Shown here piece after piece: positions 48,535 through 58,518 of a stretch of 64,000 nt of DNA; position 1 is the stretch's first letter; every line of letters begins with the position of its first letter. The DNA lies in IMG/VR virus record IMGVR_UViG_3300045391_005857. One strand, written 5' to 3'. The position numbers and the translations under genes are program-made. Below the pieces are notes generated by a model. It saw only the letters and a program-made list of their open reading frames with translations. It was not told the origin of the DNA and searched no databases. This stretch comes from an uncultured virus (IMG/VR IMGVR_UViG_3300045391_005857) (Duplodnaviria > Heunggongvirae > Uroviricota > Caudoviricetes).

Positions 48535-48576
48535 AACTCGGCCGATTTGCGCCAGGTAATATGAGCCTCACAGCTT

Positions 48577-48604
48577 AGCCATCGGATTCCCCGATGGCTT
48601 TTTT
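48577..48604 (+). terminator. Rho-independent terminator
   Basis: AGCCATCGG/CCGATGGCT stem followed by a T run. Confidence 0.8.
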
Positions 48605-48630
48605 CGTTTGTGCGGAGCAAGCAACGACCA

Positions 48631-48849
48631 ATGCTCGTGAAGCGTTATCGTGGTCGTGTCGTCCAAAGAATGCGGCGGGCTACGCCCGGCCACATCGAGC
48701 TGATCTATCCCTCCGAACGTGAGAACGACCCGCGCGAGCGGGAGGTAATCACGCAAGCAGAATGGGATCAGCACGGTTCTGAGAAGTACGAAGACGGGAA
48801 GTCCATAGCCGACTTCCGTCCTACGGCGGTTCAAGGCCACGCCGCCTGA
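48631..48849 (+). CDS. Small hypothetical protein
   Basis: ORF between a terminator and the next gene. Confidence 0.5.
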   Translation: MLVKRYRGRVVQRMRRATPGHIELIYPSERENDPREREVITQAEWDQHGSEKYEDGKSIADFRPTAVQGHAA

Positions 48850-48888
48850 TTTTTTAAGTTGGCCACAGCTTCTGTTTAGGAGTTAGTC

Positions 48889-50340
48889 ATGTCGCGAAAG
48901 CACTCTTCGCAACCCAAGCACCCGCTGTCTGAGCGTCACTTTCGGCAGATTGTCTGTCGAGAACGCCACACCACCCACCGCATGCGTTCGGTGTGGGGCG
49001 TGGGCTGGCGTCCTGGCGATCAGACCAGCAATTTCATCGGTAAGTTGTTTCGGCCGCTGGGCTCGGCCGTGATGATGGTGCAGGTGCCCTACGAGCGTCC
49101 CGACGCCGATCGCCCGGGCCTCGGTCTGTTCGGTGTCGCCGCCGAGGTCGATCCGGCTACGGCTACTGTGTACTACACGGACCTGCGGTTGCATCACGAG
49201 TTCCATTTCGTGCCGCGGCCTGGTGCGCGTGGCACGGTGCTCGATCCGACCGAAGGCGAAGGCGGCAACGCCACATGGGTCCTGCTGGGGCTCGAAGTCG
49301 ATCATGTGCGGCAGCGGAATACGGAGCGCAACTACCGGTTGCCGGCCGTGCCGCAAATGCCTGTGATCTATTTCGGCTACGCCAGCCAGGATCATATCAA
49401 CAACGCGTTCTCCGAAACGCCCACCCTGCGGCAACTGGCCGTCGGCGGCACCGAGATCAATTGGTCCGGCGATTCGCTGGGAGGCCTCGCGGCTTTCCGC
49501 TCGGAAGCGACGCACGCCAAGGAGAAGGTGTTCAATAGCTGGTCGGCTGACGTGCAGCAGGCCAAGATGCGGGAAGCCTGGGACAGTCAGGTGCTGGCTC
49601 CCACGCATGAGATGAACACCACCGGCCTGTACCTGATCCCGCACGAGCTGGTTACCTCGGCGTTCCGCACCACGCGGATCTTCGAGTACTTCGGTGGCCT
49701 GGTCGGTGCTCACGTCTACAACCCGGCCCGCAAGCTGGAAGGCAAGAGCATCCCCAACCCGGCGATCGAGGCGGCTCAGGAAGCCGGTGTCGACCTCGTC
49801 GCGGAGCTGACGAAGATTAAGGACAGCACGGAGAGCGGCACGCCCGAGTATGCTGAAATCGAACAGAAGCTCATAGCGCTATTGCCCGCTTATCGGGCGA
49901 AATGCAAAGCCTCTGAAGATATCAGCGACCAGAGCCTGCTCAGCGATCTGTGCTCGCCGGCTCAGGACGTCCAGATCGAGCTGCCGATCGCCAAGCTGCC
50001 CGAAGAGGCCCAGATTGTGGAGATGCGGCAGCGGCTGCGTCCCCATATCAGCGAGGCCTGCACGGACCAGGACATTCTCGACGCGGTCCGCAATCCGTCG
50101 CAGCCGCTTGTGGCGAGTGGTCTGGCCACCATCCAGACCATGCGTCGCGACGTGCATATTCCGCTGGCCGACTCGATGTCGTTCACGGCGGAGGTGCTCG
50201 GCCGCGAGCGGATGGCCGCGCGGTTCTGGTACGATTTGCCTGCCCCCAAACCTCGTCAGCCGCAGCAAAAGCGGATTGAGGAGCCAGCCGAGGAAACCGA
50301 TGCCAGCCAAACCCCTGCTGTTGCCGCTGCAGCCGCCTGA
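48889..50340 (+). CDS. Hypothetical protein
   Basis: AGGAG SD; 483 aa. Confidence 0.78.
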   Translation: MSRKHSSQPKHPLSERHFRQIVCRERHTTHRMRSVWGVGWRPGDQTSNFIGKLFRPLGSAVMMVQVPYERPDADRPGLGLFGVAAEVDPATATVYYTDLRLHHEFHFVPRPGARGTVLDPTEGEGGNATWVLLGLEVDHVRQRNTERNYRLPAVPQMPVIYFGYASQDHINNAFSETPTLRQLAVGGTEINWSGDSLGGLAAFRSEATHAKEKVFNSWSADVQQAKMREAWDSQVLAPTHEMNTTGLYLIPHELVTSAFRTTRIFEYFGGLVGAHVYNPARKLEGKSIPNPAIEAAQEAGVDLVAELTKIKDSTESGTPEYAEIEQKLIALLPAYRAKCKASEDISDQSLLSDLCSPAQDVQIELPIAKLPEEAQIVEMRQRLRPHISEACTDQDILDAVRNPSQPLVASGLATIQTMRRDVHIPLADSMSFTAEVLGRERMAARFWYDLPAPKPRQPQQKRIEEPAEETDASQTPAVAAAAA

Positions 50341-50611
50341 AGACAGCACGCCTGAAGCGTGGCTAGCGCGGATGGATGAATCGCCGACGATTCTGCCGAA
50401 CTGGCCGGAGTCCAAGCGACTGGCGATCGTGATGGTGGAGAAGCAAGCCAAGACCGGTTACACCGAGGCTTGGGTCGTATTGAGCGAGGCTGGTTTGGAG
50501 CTGACGTTCACCCGCAATTTCGGGAATCGTCTGTACTTCAAAGTACCCCGCCAATCGTTGCTTAAATCCCCTGACGTTTGTCCGGAGCTGGCGGCTGAGT
50601 CGTGGCATTAA
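50300..50611 (+). CDS. Hypothetical protein
   Basis: GAGGA SD before ATG 50300. Confidence 0.55.
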   Translation: MPAKPLLLPLQPPEDSTPEAWLARMDESPTILPNWPESKRLAIVMVEKQAKTGYTEAWVVLSEAGLELTFTRNFGNRLYFKVPRQSLLKSPDVCPELAAESWH

Positions 50612-50641
50612 ATGAAACCTCCTCGGGTTGACGGCCCGGGC

Positions 50642-50682
50642 AGAGCTGGTTGCGGCCTTCGGGCCGCAGCCGGCTCTTTTTT
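50642..50682 (+). terminator. Rho-independent terminator with cUUCGg tetraloop
   Basis: AGAGCTGGTTGCGGCC-TTCG-GGCCGCAGCCGGCTCT followed by TTTTT. Confidence 0.88.
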
Positions 50683-50755
50683 AGTAATTGGTGGTCGTGG
50701 TTGCTCCGCTTTGGCGATCTGGCTAAGCTGATGGCAACTCCAGGGAGGGAAGCGT

Positions 50756-51070
50756 ATGGCAGTTGCCACCCAGTCAGCGGTTGTGATATTCGACATGACT
50801 GTGGACGAAGCGAGGCAGCGCTGTATGTTTCGCTATTACGTGGATGGAGTCTATCAAGAGACTCGTTCGCTCGACCCCAATGAGCGCACGATCTCCGGAT
50901 TGCACGCCCCCGCCGGCGCGCTGGTCCGCATTGAGCTAATCGACGACGCTGATCGCGTAGCTCAACAGTGCTCCTTCACTGCCCTCCGTGAGCGACGTAC
51001 GATCGAACACGACGGACTCACAATTCAAATTCGTGGCGACCTGTTCGAGGCCGCCAGCCAGGCTTCTTAG
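50756..51070 (+). CDS. Hypothetical protein
   Basis: GGGAGG SD. Confidence 0.65.
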   Translation: MAVATQSAVVIFDMTVDEARQRCMFRYYVDGVYQETRSLDPNERTISGLHAPAGALVRIELIDDADRVAQQCSFTALRERRTIEHDGLTIQIRGDLFEAASQAS

Positions 51071-51078
51071 GACTTATC

Positions 51079-52014
51079 ATGACCGCCGCAGCCCCCGCCC
51101 AGCGTTTTGCTCTCGACCCGTTCTTTGATGGTGATGGCGGCAACGTCCGCACGCCTCTCGGCGCCCCTGTGCCCGGCACGGAGAACTACCGCGACATTTC
51201 CACCGAGCGACTGGCCAACGATCGTACGATCGCCGATCGGATTCCCCACCGTAACGATGGTATTCGCGGAGTGGTCATTCCGCACGCTACACCGGGCGGC
51301 ACGGTACGCGGTATTCGCCCCAATGATCTCAACGGCGTGCAGATCGTCGTGGACCCGCATATCGAAGGGCAGAGCGCTGTGCTCGACTTGGGCCAGATGA
51401 CGCCCGCGTTGATGGACCAGGCCACCAACATGGCGGCCCAGATGACGCCCGAGCCCGACTCGATTCAGACTCAGCGGCTCCGCGGCTCGGCGGCGATGCA
51501 CGGCGTCGCGGCGCTCAACGGCGGCAGCCGGCGAACGATCTCGCAAGGCCCGGCCACGATTCCCTCGCCCAACCTGGGGCGGATGGGTCAGCCAGTGCCC
51601 CGCAACGTGCGGCCGCTACAGGCCTTCGCACAGCAGCCGCAGCCAGTGTATGAAAACGGCAGTCGCGAGCTGCGGGCGATCGACATCGGCGCGCCAACCC
51701 GGCAGATTCCTACGATCGCGGCGCCGACGATGCAGGTCTTGTTCGAGATCGAGCACTTCGGCACGCACGAGGCGGTCTACCACGATGTGCTGGTGGGCGA
51801 GGCGTTCATCGTGCTGATCTATCGCACGGATTATCAGGGCAGCAAGTATTTTCCCGAGAATCGGGATGTCAAAGCACCACCCCTGGCGCTTATGATCCAG
51901 GGCCAGAGCAAGGCTTATCTGGTGCATACCACCGGAGTTCGCTATGTTTACGAGGGCAATGAGCACTGTGTGCTCCTCGTCGAGCGTGTAACAGACATGC
52001 CACCGGAGGGCTAA
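51079..52014 (+). CDS. Hypothetical protein; internal RELRAIDI tag in a linker
   Basis: AGGA SD; 311 aa. Confidence 0.75.
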   Translation: MTAAAPAQRFALDPFFDGDGGNVRTPLGAPVPGTENYRDISTERLANDRTIADRIPHRNDGIRGVVIPHATPGGTVRGIRPNDLNGVQIVVDPHIEGQSAVLDLGQMTPALMDQATNMAAQMTPEPDSIQTQRLRGSAAMHGVAALNGGSRRTISQGPATIPSPNLGRMGQPVPRNVRPLQAFAQQPQPVYENGSRELRAIDIGAPTRQIPTIAAPTMQVLFEIEHFGTHEAVYHDVLVGEAFIVLIYRTDYQGSKYFPENRDVKAPPLALMIQGQSKAYLVHTTGVRYVYEGNEHCVLLVERVTDMPPEG

Positions 52015-52176
52015 ATGGAGAAGCGTGGAGTCGTGGACCGCGATAACACTCGCGACACGGAAAAGCAGTTGCCGGCCGGACAGAAGCAAGCCGACACAAA
52101 AACCGCAGCCGATCGCCTGGACGATGACTTTACGAAGCGGGCCTCCGACGCGGCGGCCGACAAATTGAAGCGGTAG
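52015..52176 (+). CDS. Small 53-aa protein upstream of the portal gene (not in the ORF track)
   Basis: GGAGG SD, ATG 52015, MEKRGVVDRD...DKLKR, TAG 52174-52176. Confidence 0.6.
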   Translation: MEKRGVVDRDNTRDTEKQLPAGQKQADTKTAADRLDDDFTKRASDAAADKLKR

Positions 52177-52192
52177 TCGGTTTCTAAGTACC
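52177..52192 (-). promoter_or_regulatory. Dispersed motif GGTACTTAGAAACCGA, copy 5 (intergenic, before the portal gene)
   Basis: TCGGTTTCTAAGTACC on the + strand. Confidence 0.6.
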
Positions 52193-52211
52193 AACCGCAG
52201 GGAGGCGCAGC

Positions 52212-54248
52212 ATGTCGGACATGATGGTCCATACCCTTGGCGAAAAGGCCATGGGTTCCCGCGCCAACGAGCACTTCCCCAGTCCGTGGTACGACTATGC
52301 GTCGATGGTGTTCCCCAACACCATTCAAGACGCCCTGCGGGCTTGCGAGGACATCCTTTCCGCCAACGGTACCTACCGCGAAGCGCTCCGCCGGATCATC
52401 TCCTATTTCGTCACCGACGTCGAAGTCACCTCGACCAGCGGCGACATCCTGGGCACCGACGAGAAGGATAAGTACGAGACCTTTCTCGATGACATCATTG
52501 GCGTCAAGAAGGTGCTGATGACGGTGGCGATGGACTTCCTGACCTATGGGAATTCCTTCACCAGCTTGATCATCCCGTTTCGTCGCTACTTGAGCTGCCC
52601 GTCGTGCGGTCTCGAAGCGCCACTCCGGCGTATTTACAATACGCCGGAATTCAAATTTAGCTGGGTCAATTTCGAGTTTCACGCCGAATGCCCACAGTGC
52701 GGTCACCACGGCAAGTTCAACCACATCGATCGTCGCTCACACGAGCAGGACTCGATCCACGTCAAGCGCTGGAACCCGCACGAGATCGACATCCTGTGGG
52801 ACCCGTACACCGACGAGACGTCGTACATCTGGAAGATCCCCGAAGAGTATCGCTCGCTGATTCGTCGCGGCCATCTCTTCCACCTGGAGCGAGCGAGCTG
52901 GGAGATCATTCAGGCGGTCAAGAACAACCAATACCTGTTGTTCGACAAAGACGTCGTCTACCACATGAAGGAAGAGGCGCTGGCCGGCATTCGCAACCGC
53001 GGCTGGGGTATCAGCCGCGTGCTGGCCAACTTCCGTCAAGCGTTCTACGTGCAGGTGCTGCATCGCTACAACGAAGCGATCGCCCTGGACTACGTGATTC
53101 CATTCCGCGTCATCACTCCGCAAGCGCGGCAAGGTGAGGCAGGCGGAGCAATGGACCCGGCCCTCAGTATCGGCATGGGCGGCTTTGTCTCGCGGGTGCA
53201 GAGCATGATCGGCCAACGCCGACGTGATCCGGCTCGCTGGAACATCCTGCCCTTCCCGATTGAGTACCAGGCCCTGGGTGGCGATGCTACACAGCTCGCC
53301 CCCAAGGATTTACTTGAGTTCGGCATGAACAACTTGCTGGCAGCCGTCGGCATCCCGGTCGAAATGTACCAGGGCAACATGTCGATGCAGACCGCCATGC
53401 CGATGATGCGGATGTTCGAGGCGTATTGGGCTCAGCTCACGCACTATCTCAACCAGTTCCTGTCGAAGCTGGTGGAGAAGATTGCTCAGCTTATGTCGTG
53501 GGAGCCCGTGACGTGCAAGCTGCAGCGGACCAAGCACGCCGACGACCTCAATCGCCAGATGGCTCAGCTCCAACTCATGATGGGCGGCCAAATCTCCAAG
53601 ACGACGGGCCTCAAAGCTCTCGATATGGAGTTCCTCGAAGAAGTGCGTCGCAAGTTGCAGGAGCAAAAACTGGAGCAGGAAGAGACGCAGAAAATCCAGA
53701 AGCAAATGGAGCAAGCCAGCGTCCAGGACGAGATGGCGCAAGGCGGCGGTCAGCAGCAACAGCAGCAAGGTATGCAGCAGCCTGGCATGCAACCAGGCAT
53801 GGACCCCTCGCAACAACAGCAAATGGGTCCGATGGGTCAGCCTATGGGCCCGGGCGGAGCTGCGCAAGGCTTCGCGGCGATGCAGCCCACGCCGCCCAAT
53901 CAACCTACGACGCCCGAAGAAATGCAGAACAAGGCACAGACGATCGCCGAGCAGGCGATGATGATGCCCGAGAGCCAGAAGGATTCGTTCCTCATCCAGC
54001 TAAAAAAGACCGATCCTACGATGTCGTCATTAGTCCGCTCGATTCTCGAAGGGATGCGACGCGACGCAGCACGACAGGGTCAGGATATGGTTATGCAGCA
54101 GCAGTTTGGCCAGGGCGGCGGGGGCGGCGATCCTTCGCAAGGCGGCGCCAAGCAAGGTGCGGCCCGATTGCCAAGAGGCTCTGCGCGCCGTTTGTATCAG
54201 TGTGCCAGGGAAGCCGGGACTCGCGAACTTCGTTCGATCGAGCTATGA
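52212..54248 (+). CDS. Probable portal protein with Zn-finger insertion, Q/M/G-rich tail and terminal RELRSIEL tag
   Basis: DFLTYGNSF, CPSC...CPQC insert, RWNPHEI, GWGISRV...NEAIALDYVIPFRVITP, AVGIPVE pattern of large-phage portals; GGAGG SD. Confidence 0.62.
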   Translation: MSDMMVHTLGEKAMGSRANEHFPSPWYDYASMVFPNTIQDALRACEDILSANGTYREALRRIISYFVTDVEVTSTSGDILGTDEKDKYETFLDDIIGVKKVLMTVAMDFLTYGNSFTSLIIPFRRYLSCPSCGLEAPLRRIYNTPEFKFSWVNFEFHAECPQCGHHGKFNHIDRRSHEQDSIHVKRWNPHEIDILWDPYTDETSYIWKIPEEYRSLIRRGHLFHLERASWEIIQAVKNNQYLLFDKDVVYHMKEEALAGIRNRGWGISRVLANFRQAFYVQVLHRYNEAIALDYVIPFRVITPQARQGEAGGAMDPALSIGMGGFVSRVQSMIGQRRRDPARWNILPFPIEYQALGGDATQLAPKDLLEFGMNNLLAAVGIPVEMYQGNMSMQTAMPMMRMFEAYWAQLTHYLNQFLSKLVEKIAQLMSWEPVTCKLQRTKHADDLNRQMAQLQLMMGGQISKTTGLKALDMEFLEEVRRKLQEQKLEQEETQKIQKQMEQASVQDEMAQGGGQQQQQQGMQQPGMQPGMDPSQQQQMGPMGQPMGPGGAAQGFAAMQPTPPNQPTTPEEMQNKAQTIAEQAMMMPESQKDSFLIQLKKTDPTMSSLVRSILEGMRRDAARQGQDMVMQQQFGQGGGGGDPSQGGAKQGAARLPRGSARRLYQCAREAGTRELRSIEL

Positions 54249-54257
54249 TCTGCGGGC

Positions 54258-55100
54258 ATGCGTGCCGATTTAGCGCCTATTGGGCTCCTCACTCGCAACC
54301 GCCATGTCTACCTGGACGCTACGTTGCGATCGCTGTCGGCCACCGGTTTGCCAGCTAAGCAACCGGTCATTGTTTTCGATGATGCTAGCGACGAACAAGC
54401 AACGGTCGCTTATCTGTACGGTTCCAGTCTGATCCCGGCCGGCGATCCGTGGCCGCGAGTGCCCGCCTGGGGACCGCTGGGGCTCGATATCCTGTGGAAA
54501 CAATATCGCTCGCCCCACGGCCTGCTTGGTAAAGTCGCCGTAGAGCGGCTCGGAGGCACGCCCCTGGGCGTGGTTAATGCCTCCTGTCAGATGATCTGCC
54601 GGCTGTTTAAGCGTTATCCAGACGCCCCGGGCGTGATCCTGTTGCAGGATGACGTGATCTTCAACCACGACTGGTACATGCAGATGCTGATTAACGCCGG
54701 CCGTACGGAAATGGGGCCGATCGGGCTGCTATCAGGCTGCCGGCTCAATAAGCCGCTGAAAACCGAATACGCCAAGATGTCCTTGTTGCGGCTCACTCAC
54801 TCGACGACGGCCCAGTGCTTGTACCTGGCCCGCGAGGCTTATGAGCGCGAGAAGGAGTGGTTCTCCTCGGAACATAACTTACGATCGGGGTTTGATAATC
54901 ATCTTTGTACGACGGTCCGTCGCAGCGGGCACGTTGTGTGTATGACCAATCCGGCCGTGTGTCAGCATACGGGCCTGCTCTCACTCGTACGGCCCAAGCT
55001 GGGCTGGCACGCACGAGGCAAACGCGGACGGATCAGTTACGAGGCCAGGCCGCCGTATGTCCTGGCTGACCGAATTAAAACATTTGCACCATGCGAGTAA
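54258..55100 (+). CDS. Glycosyltransferase family 2-like (GT-A)
   Basis: TRNR..YL..TLRSL, VFDDAS, LLQDDV, CQHTG. Confidence 0.72.
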   Translation: MRADLAPIGLLTRNRHVYLDATLRSLSATGLPAKQPVIVFDDASDEQATVAYLYGSSLIPAGDPWPRVPAWGPLGLDILWKQYRSPHGLLGKVAVERLGGTPLGVVNASCQMICRLFKRYPDAPGVILLQDDVIFNHDWYMQMLINAGRTEMGPIGLLSGCRLNKPLKTEYAKMSLLRLTHSTTAQCLYLAREAYEREKEWFSSEHNLRSGFDNHLCTTVRRSGHVVCMTNPAVCQHTGLLSLVRPKLGWHARGKRGRISYEARPPYVLADRIKTFAPCE

Positions 55101-55948
55101 CACTTCCCACGCATTCGCGGTTTCAAGATTTGACCGGTCGTGATTTTAATGACTGGCACGTCTTGCGGTACGACGGCAGACAAGGCCGACACCACTACTG
55201 GTGGTGCCGCTGCCGATGCGGTGTCGAACGGCCGGTGCAGGGCAATCACTTGCGCAGCGACGGCAGCCGTAATTGTGGTTGCGTAGCTCGCGATAACTGT
55301 CGTCAACTTCGCACGACGCACGGGATGTCCAGGTCGCCGACTTATGTGTCCTGGAAGAGCATGATTCAGCGTTGTTACGACACAAACAGCGACAACTTCG
55401 CGGATTATGGTGGTCGCGGTATTTTAGTGATCTCGCGGTGGCATCGTTTTGAAAACTTTTTTGAAGATTTGGGTGTGCGACCATTGTCTCGTACGCTGGA
55501 TCGAATCGATAACGATTTAGGTTACTTTCCCGGCAATTGTCGCTGGAGCACTGCGCAAGAACAGGCCAGGAACCGGCGATCGACCGCGTTTTATGAGTTT
55601 GAAGGGCAGAGCAAGCCGCTAGTTGCGTGGGCCGAGACTTTCGCAGTGCCTTTGTATATTCTGCAGAGCAGACTCGGTAATGGTTGGCCCCTGGACTTAG
55701 CCTTCCGCCAGCCGGTCCGCAGTTTCGCTCCGTTGTCGGCTGAAGATAAACGACAGCATCGCGCAGCATGTAATGCCGTGCGAAACGCGATTCGGCAAGG
55801 AATTCTTTTTCGACCGCACGCCTGTTCGTTGTGTCCGTCAGTGGAGGATATTCAAGCTCATCACCATCGCGGCTATGCCCCCGAGCACTGGCTCGATGTG
55901 TTATGGGTTTGTCGGACTTGTCACAATCGTGTCTGCGTTCACGTATGA
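55091..55948 (+). CDS. HNH-family homing endonuclease-like protein
   Basis: DLTGRDF...WWCRCRCG, WKSMIQRC, YGGRGI, TLDRIDNDLGYFPGNCRW; second motif AHHHRGY...LWVCRTCH. Confidence 0.85.
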   Translation: MRVTLPTHSRFQDLTGRDFNDWHVLRYDGRQGRHHYWWCRCRCGVERPVQGNHLRSDGSRNCGCVARDNCRQLRTTHGMSRSPTYVSWKSMIQRCYDTNSDNFADYGGRGILVISRWHRFENFFEDLGVRPLSRTLDRIDNDLGYFPGNCRWSTAQEQARNRRSTAFYEFEGQSKPLVAWAETFAVPLYILQSRLGNGWPLDLAFRQPVRSFAPLSAEDKRQHRAACNAVRNAIRQGILFRPHACSLCPSVEDIQAHHHRGYAPEHWLDVLWVCRTCHNRVCVHV

Positions 55949-56976
55949 CTGCAATTGGATTCTGCACACGTTATTACAGTCACGAAGCCACCTACGCAGC
56001 GTTAATCCTAGCGAACTGGGCAGCAGCACAGCACCACGACGTTTCCTTCTTCTCGGCTACCCGTAAGTTCGCCGGTATCGACAGTCGCTGGGACCCTGTC
56101 GTGCGCGCGTCGCGAGGCAAGCCCTTTACGACCTGGGCGGACGCGCAAGACGTCGTAGTTTGGACGCACTGCCCGCATATTGAGCAGCTCGAATGGTGTC
56201 GTAATGAGGGTAAGCACACGGTTCTGTTTTCGCTGTGGCACGAGTTCGAGCCCTGGCAACGCGACACCTTTCGGGCGGCCGACGTTGTGCTCTCGCCCAG
56301 TGAGATAGCGGCCCACATGCTGCAAAGCCGTTGGCAGGTGGGGCGATCGATACCGCTCTGGCTTGACCCCGGTCTGCCGCTGTTCAACAAGCACGAAGAA
56401 CGCACCGCTCCCAAGCTCTTGCTGCCGCTGTGGGATGGTGCGGCGCGTCGCATTGAGATGACAATGCTGGAGCTGCTCGATCGCATGCTGGAGCTGCACG
56501 ACGTAGGTCTCACGGTGACTTACAGCTCCAGCACGCTGGCTGGTCACGCTTATGAACGAATCAAGACCCTGCGTCGCAAATATGGGCCTCGCGTCCAGTC
56601 GCTAGCTGGCACACCGTGGCGAGACCGGCCGCTGGTCTATCAAACGCACGATCTCACGCTCTGGCCGGCCCACGCCGAGAGCACTTGCCTGACGCCGCTG
56701 ATCTCGCTGGCGATGGGGACGCCTCTCATTTGCTTCGCCGTGCCGCCCATGCACGAAATCTTGAATCAGGGGAATTCCTACTTGGTGCCCTGCGGCGTGG
56801 ACTATACGCCGGCCGGGGCCGCTGTGTGCCATCCGGACTACAGCCGGTTCGAGGAAACCCTGCACGAAGGGTTGAAAAACGAAACAGGGCTGCGTATGCT
56901 CCAACAGTGTACGGGGGATGGCTTCGCGGTCCGCCGCGGTCTATTCTCGGAAATACTGACACGCGTTTTTTGTTGA
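55945..56976 (+). CDS. Glycosyltransferase GT-B (GT4-like), putative
   Basis: ADVVLSPS; YQTHDLTLWPAHAESTCLTPLISLAMGTPLI...PMHEIL resembles the GT4 C-terminal motif, in degenerate form. Confidence 0.65.
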   Translation: MTAIGFCTRYYSHEATYAALILANWAAAQHHDVSFFSATRKFAGIDSRWDPVVRASRGKPFTTWADAQDVVVWTHCPHIEQLEWCRNEGKHTVLFSLWHEFEPWQRDTFRAADVVLSPSEIAAHMLQSRWQVGRSIPLWLDPGLPLFNKHEERTAPKLLLPLWDGAARRIEMTMLELLDRMLELHDVGLTVTYSSSTLAGHAYERIKTLRRKYGPRVQSLAGTPWRDRPLVYQTHDLTLWPAHAESTCLTPLISLAMGTPLICFAVPPMHEILNQGNSYLVPCGVDYTPAGAAVCHPDYSRFEETLHEGLKNETGLRMLQQCTGDGFAVRRGLFSEILTRVFC

Positions 56977-56987
56977 GGGAGTAACAA

Positions 56988-57395
56988 ATGAGTCAGGTGA
57001 AACACCGGCAGCGGCTTCGCGAGAGACAGGGATTGGGTGAGGAGCCGCAGTTCGATCCCTCATTTGTCCCGGTGGCAGCCGCACTGCCGCTGCCGCGACT
57101 GGAGCCCGAAGATGAAACGCCCCTCACTATGGACCAGGGCGAGGAGACAACTCCAGAGGTACCAGCAGCAGTGCCGCCGGCAAATAGCCCTGGCCCGATC
57201 TCGACGGCCCATCCAGCGGTTCAACCGAACTCGGTAACGCCGTACAATCCCGAGGCAACGGCTATCACCGTCACCCCCAAAGCACCGGATGCTTCTTCAC
57301 CCGGCCCCTCGCAGCATCCAGCCATGCACCCATGGCCAGAGGGCGAGGACGACGGCTACACGCTCAGCCCCGAGATCGTCGCGGGCAAGCAATAG
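56988..57395 (+). CDS. Pro/acidic low-complexity hypothetical protein
   Basis: GAGGGAG SD. Confidence 0.6.
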   Translation: MSQVKHRQRLRERQGLGEEPQFDPSFVPVAAALPLPRLEPEDETPLTMDQGEETTPEVPAAVPPANSPGPISTAHPAVQPNSVTPYNPEATAITVTPKAPDASSPGPSQHPAMHPWPEGEDDGYTLSPEIVAGKQ

Positions 57396-57422
57396 CCGTC
57401 GGCCATAACCAGGGATGGTTCT

Positions 57423-58118
57423 ATGCCGGCAATGGACAGCAGTCCGATTCCGTTTCCCAGCCGCAAGGTCTGCCGGGAGTATGCAGCGCGCTACGCCCAG
57501 TTCGTAACCCGCTGCAAGAATTGCTTCATGCAGCAGACGCTGGCGATCGGCGACATGATTGATTCGCTGCTGACCGATTACTACGTCTATATTAGCGGCT
57601 TAGTACTGCCGCCGCAGCGATACATTATCGAGAACGCCTATTGTGCCGGTCTCCTGTATCCAGTGCTGCAGGTCGAGCCACACGCTTGCTTCGATCGGAT
57701 TGCGGACCTGGCAAATCTGGAGACGGCTCGCCTGGTGAGCTTAATCACGCCGGACTGTCGATTGCCGGGGCCGCAGCGACATCGCGAGCTGACGAGTCGA
57801 CTGTATGATGCTCCGCTGCCAGCCCAGGCGATCGCCTTTGCCCAGATCATCGTGCAAGCGCAGGAGGTCGTGGACTACGTCAAGGGTACCAAGAAGAAGA
57901 AAGAACTCCGTAATCACCGCGACTGGTTGATGGCTCAGATGGAGGTGATGGCGGCCCTGCGCAAAGTCAGTGAGGAAGAGTTTTTCCAGACTCGCTGGCA
58001 ACGATTCTATGTCGAGCTAGGCACTCTCGTCAAAAAATGCGACCATACGACTCAGCACGAGCGTCTCAAAGCCAACGTAAAAGCCAACCGTGAACGATCT
58101 CGACGTCAGGGCGCCTAG
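57423..58118 (+). CDS. Hypothetical protein, possibly a degenerate HD-domain (Mesh1/SpoT-like) fold
   Basis: CAGLLYPVLQ...ARLVSLITPD; HD residues absent. Confidence 0.55.
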   Translation: MPAMDSSPIPFPSRKVCREYAARYAQFVTRCKNCFMQQTLAIGDMIDSLLTDYYVYISGLVLPPQRYIIENAYCAGLLYPVLQVEPHACFDRIADLANLETARLVSLITPDCRLPGPQRHRELTSRLYDAPLPAQAIAFAQIIVQAQEVVDYVKGTKKKKELRNHRDWLMAQMEVMAALRKVSEEEFFQTRWQRFYVELGTLVKKCDHTTQHERLKANVKANRERSRRQGA

Positions 58119-58518
58119 AAGGGAAGTCGTGCTCTGCCTGTCAGAGCTGCGGACGATCCTTCTCAACACGTTTGCGCTTGCCGGTTACTATTTCCGCGAC
58201 CCCGGGCAGCTTGGTTGGCGAACGACCATTGAAGACGATGACGACGAGCGGGGGCTGGCACTGACGGTGCGGGTAACCCACCCAATCGAATCGCGAGTCG
58301 TTGCTTGCTGGGTCACTGATCGCAGGGCTGCCGAGCACGTACTACGGTTCCACATCGACACGATGGAGTATTCGTATCGTGGCGAGAACCCGTTGGTGGG
58401 GCCGCCTACGACGCTGCTGCCGCCGGATATAATCACCGTCGGCGAGATGCCAGTGCGGCAGGCGGATGTAACTCGCGACGACAATGGCGGCCGCGAGCTG
58501 CGGTCGATTGATTTATGA
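58090..58518 (+). CDS. Hypothetical protein; C-terminal RELRSIDL tag
   Basis: Ends ...NGGRELRSIDL-stop. Confidence 0.7.
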   Translation: MNDLDVRAPRREVVLCLSELRTILLNTFALAGYYFRDPGQLGWRTTIEDDDDERGLALTVRVTHPIESRVVACWVTDRRAAEHVLRFHIDTMEYSYRGENPLVGPPTTLLPPDIITVGEMPVRQADVTRDDNGGRELRSIDL

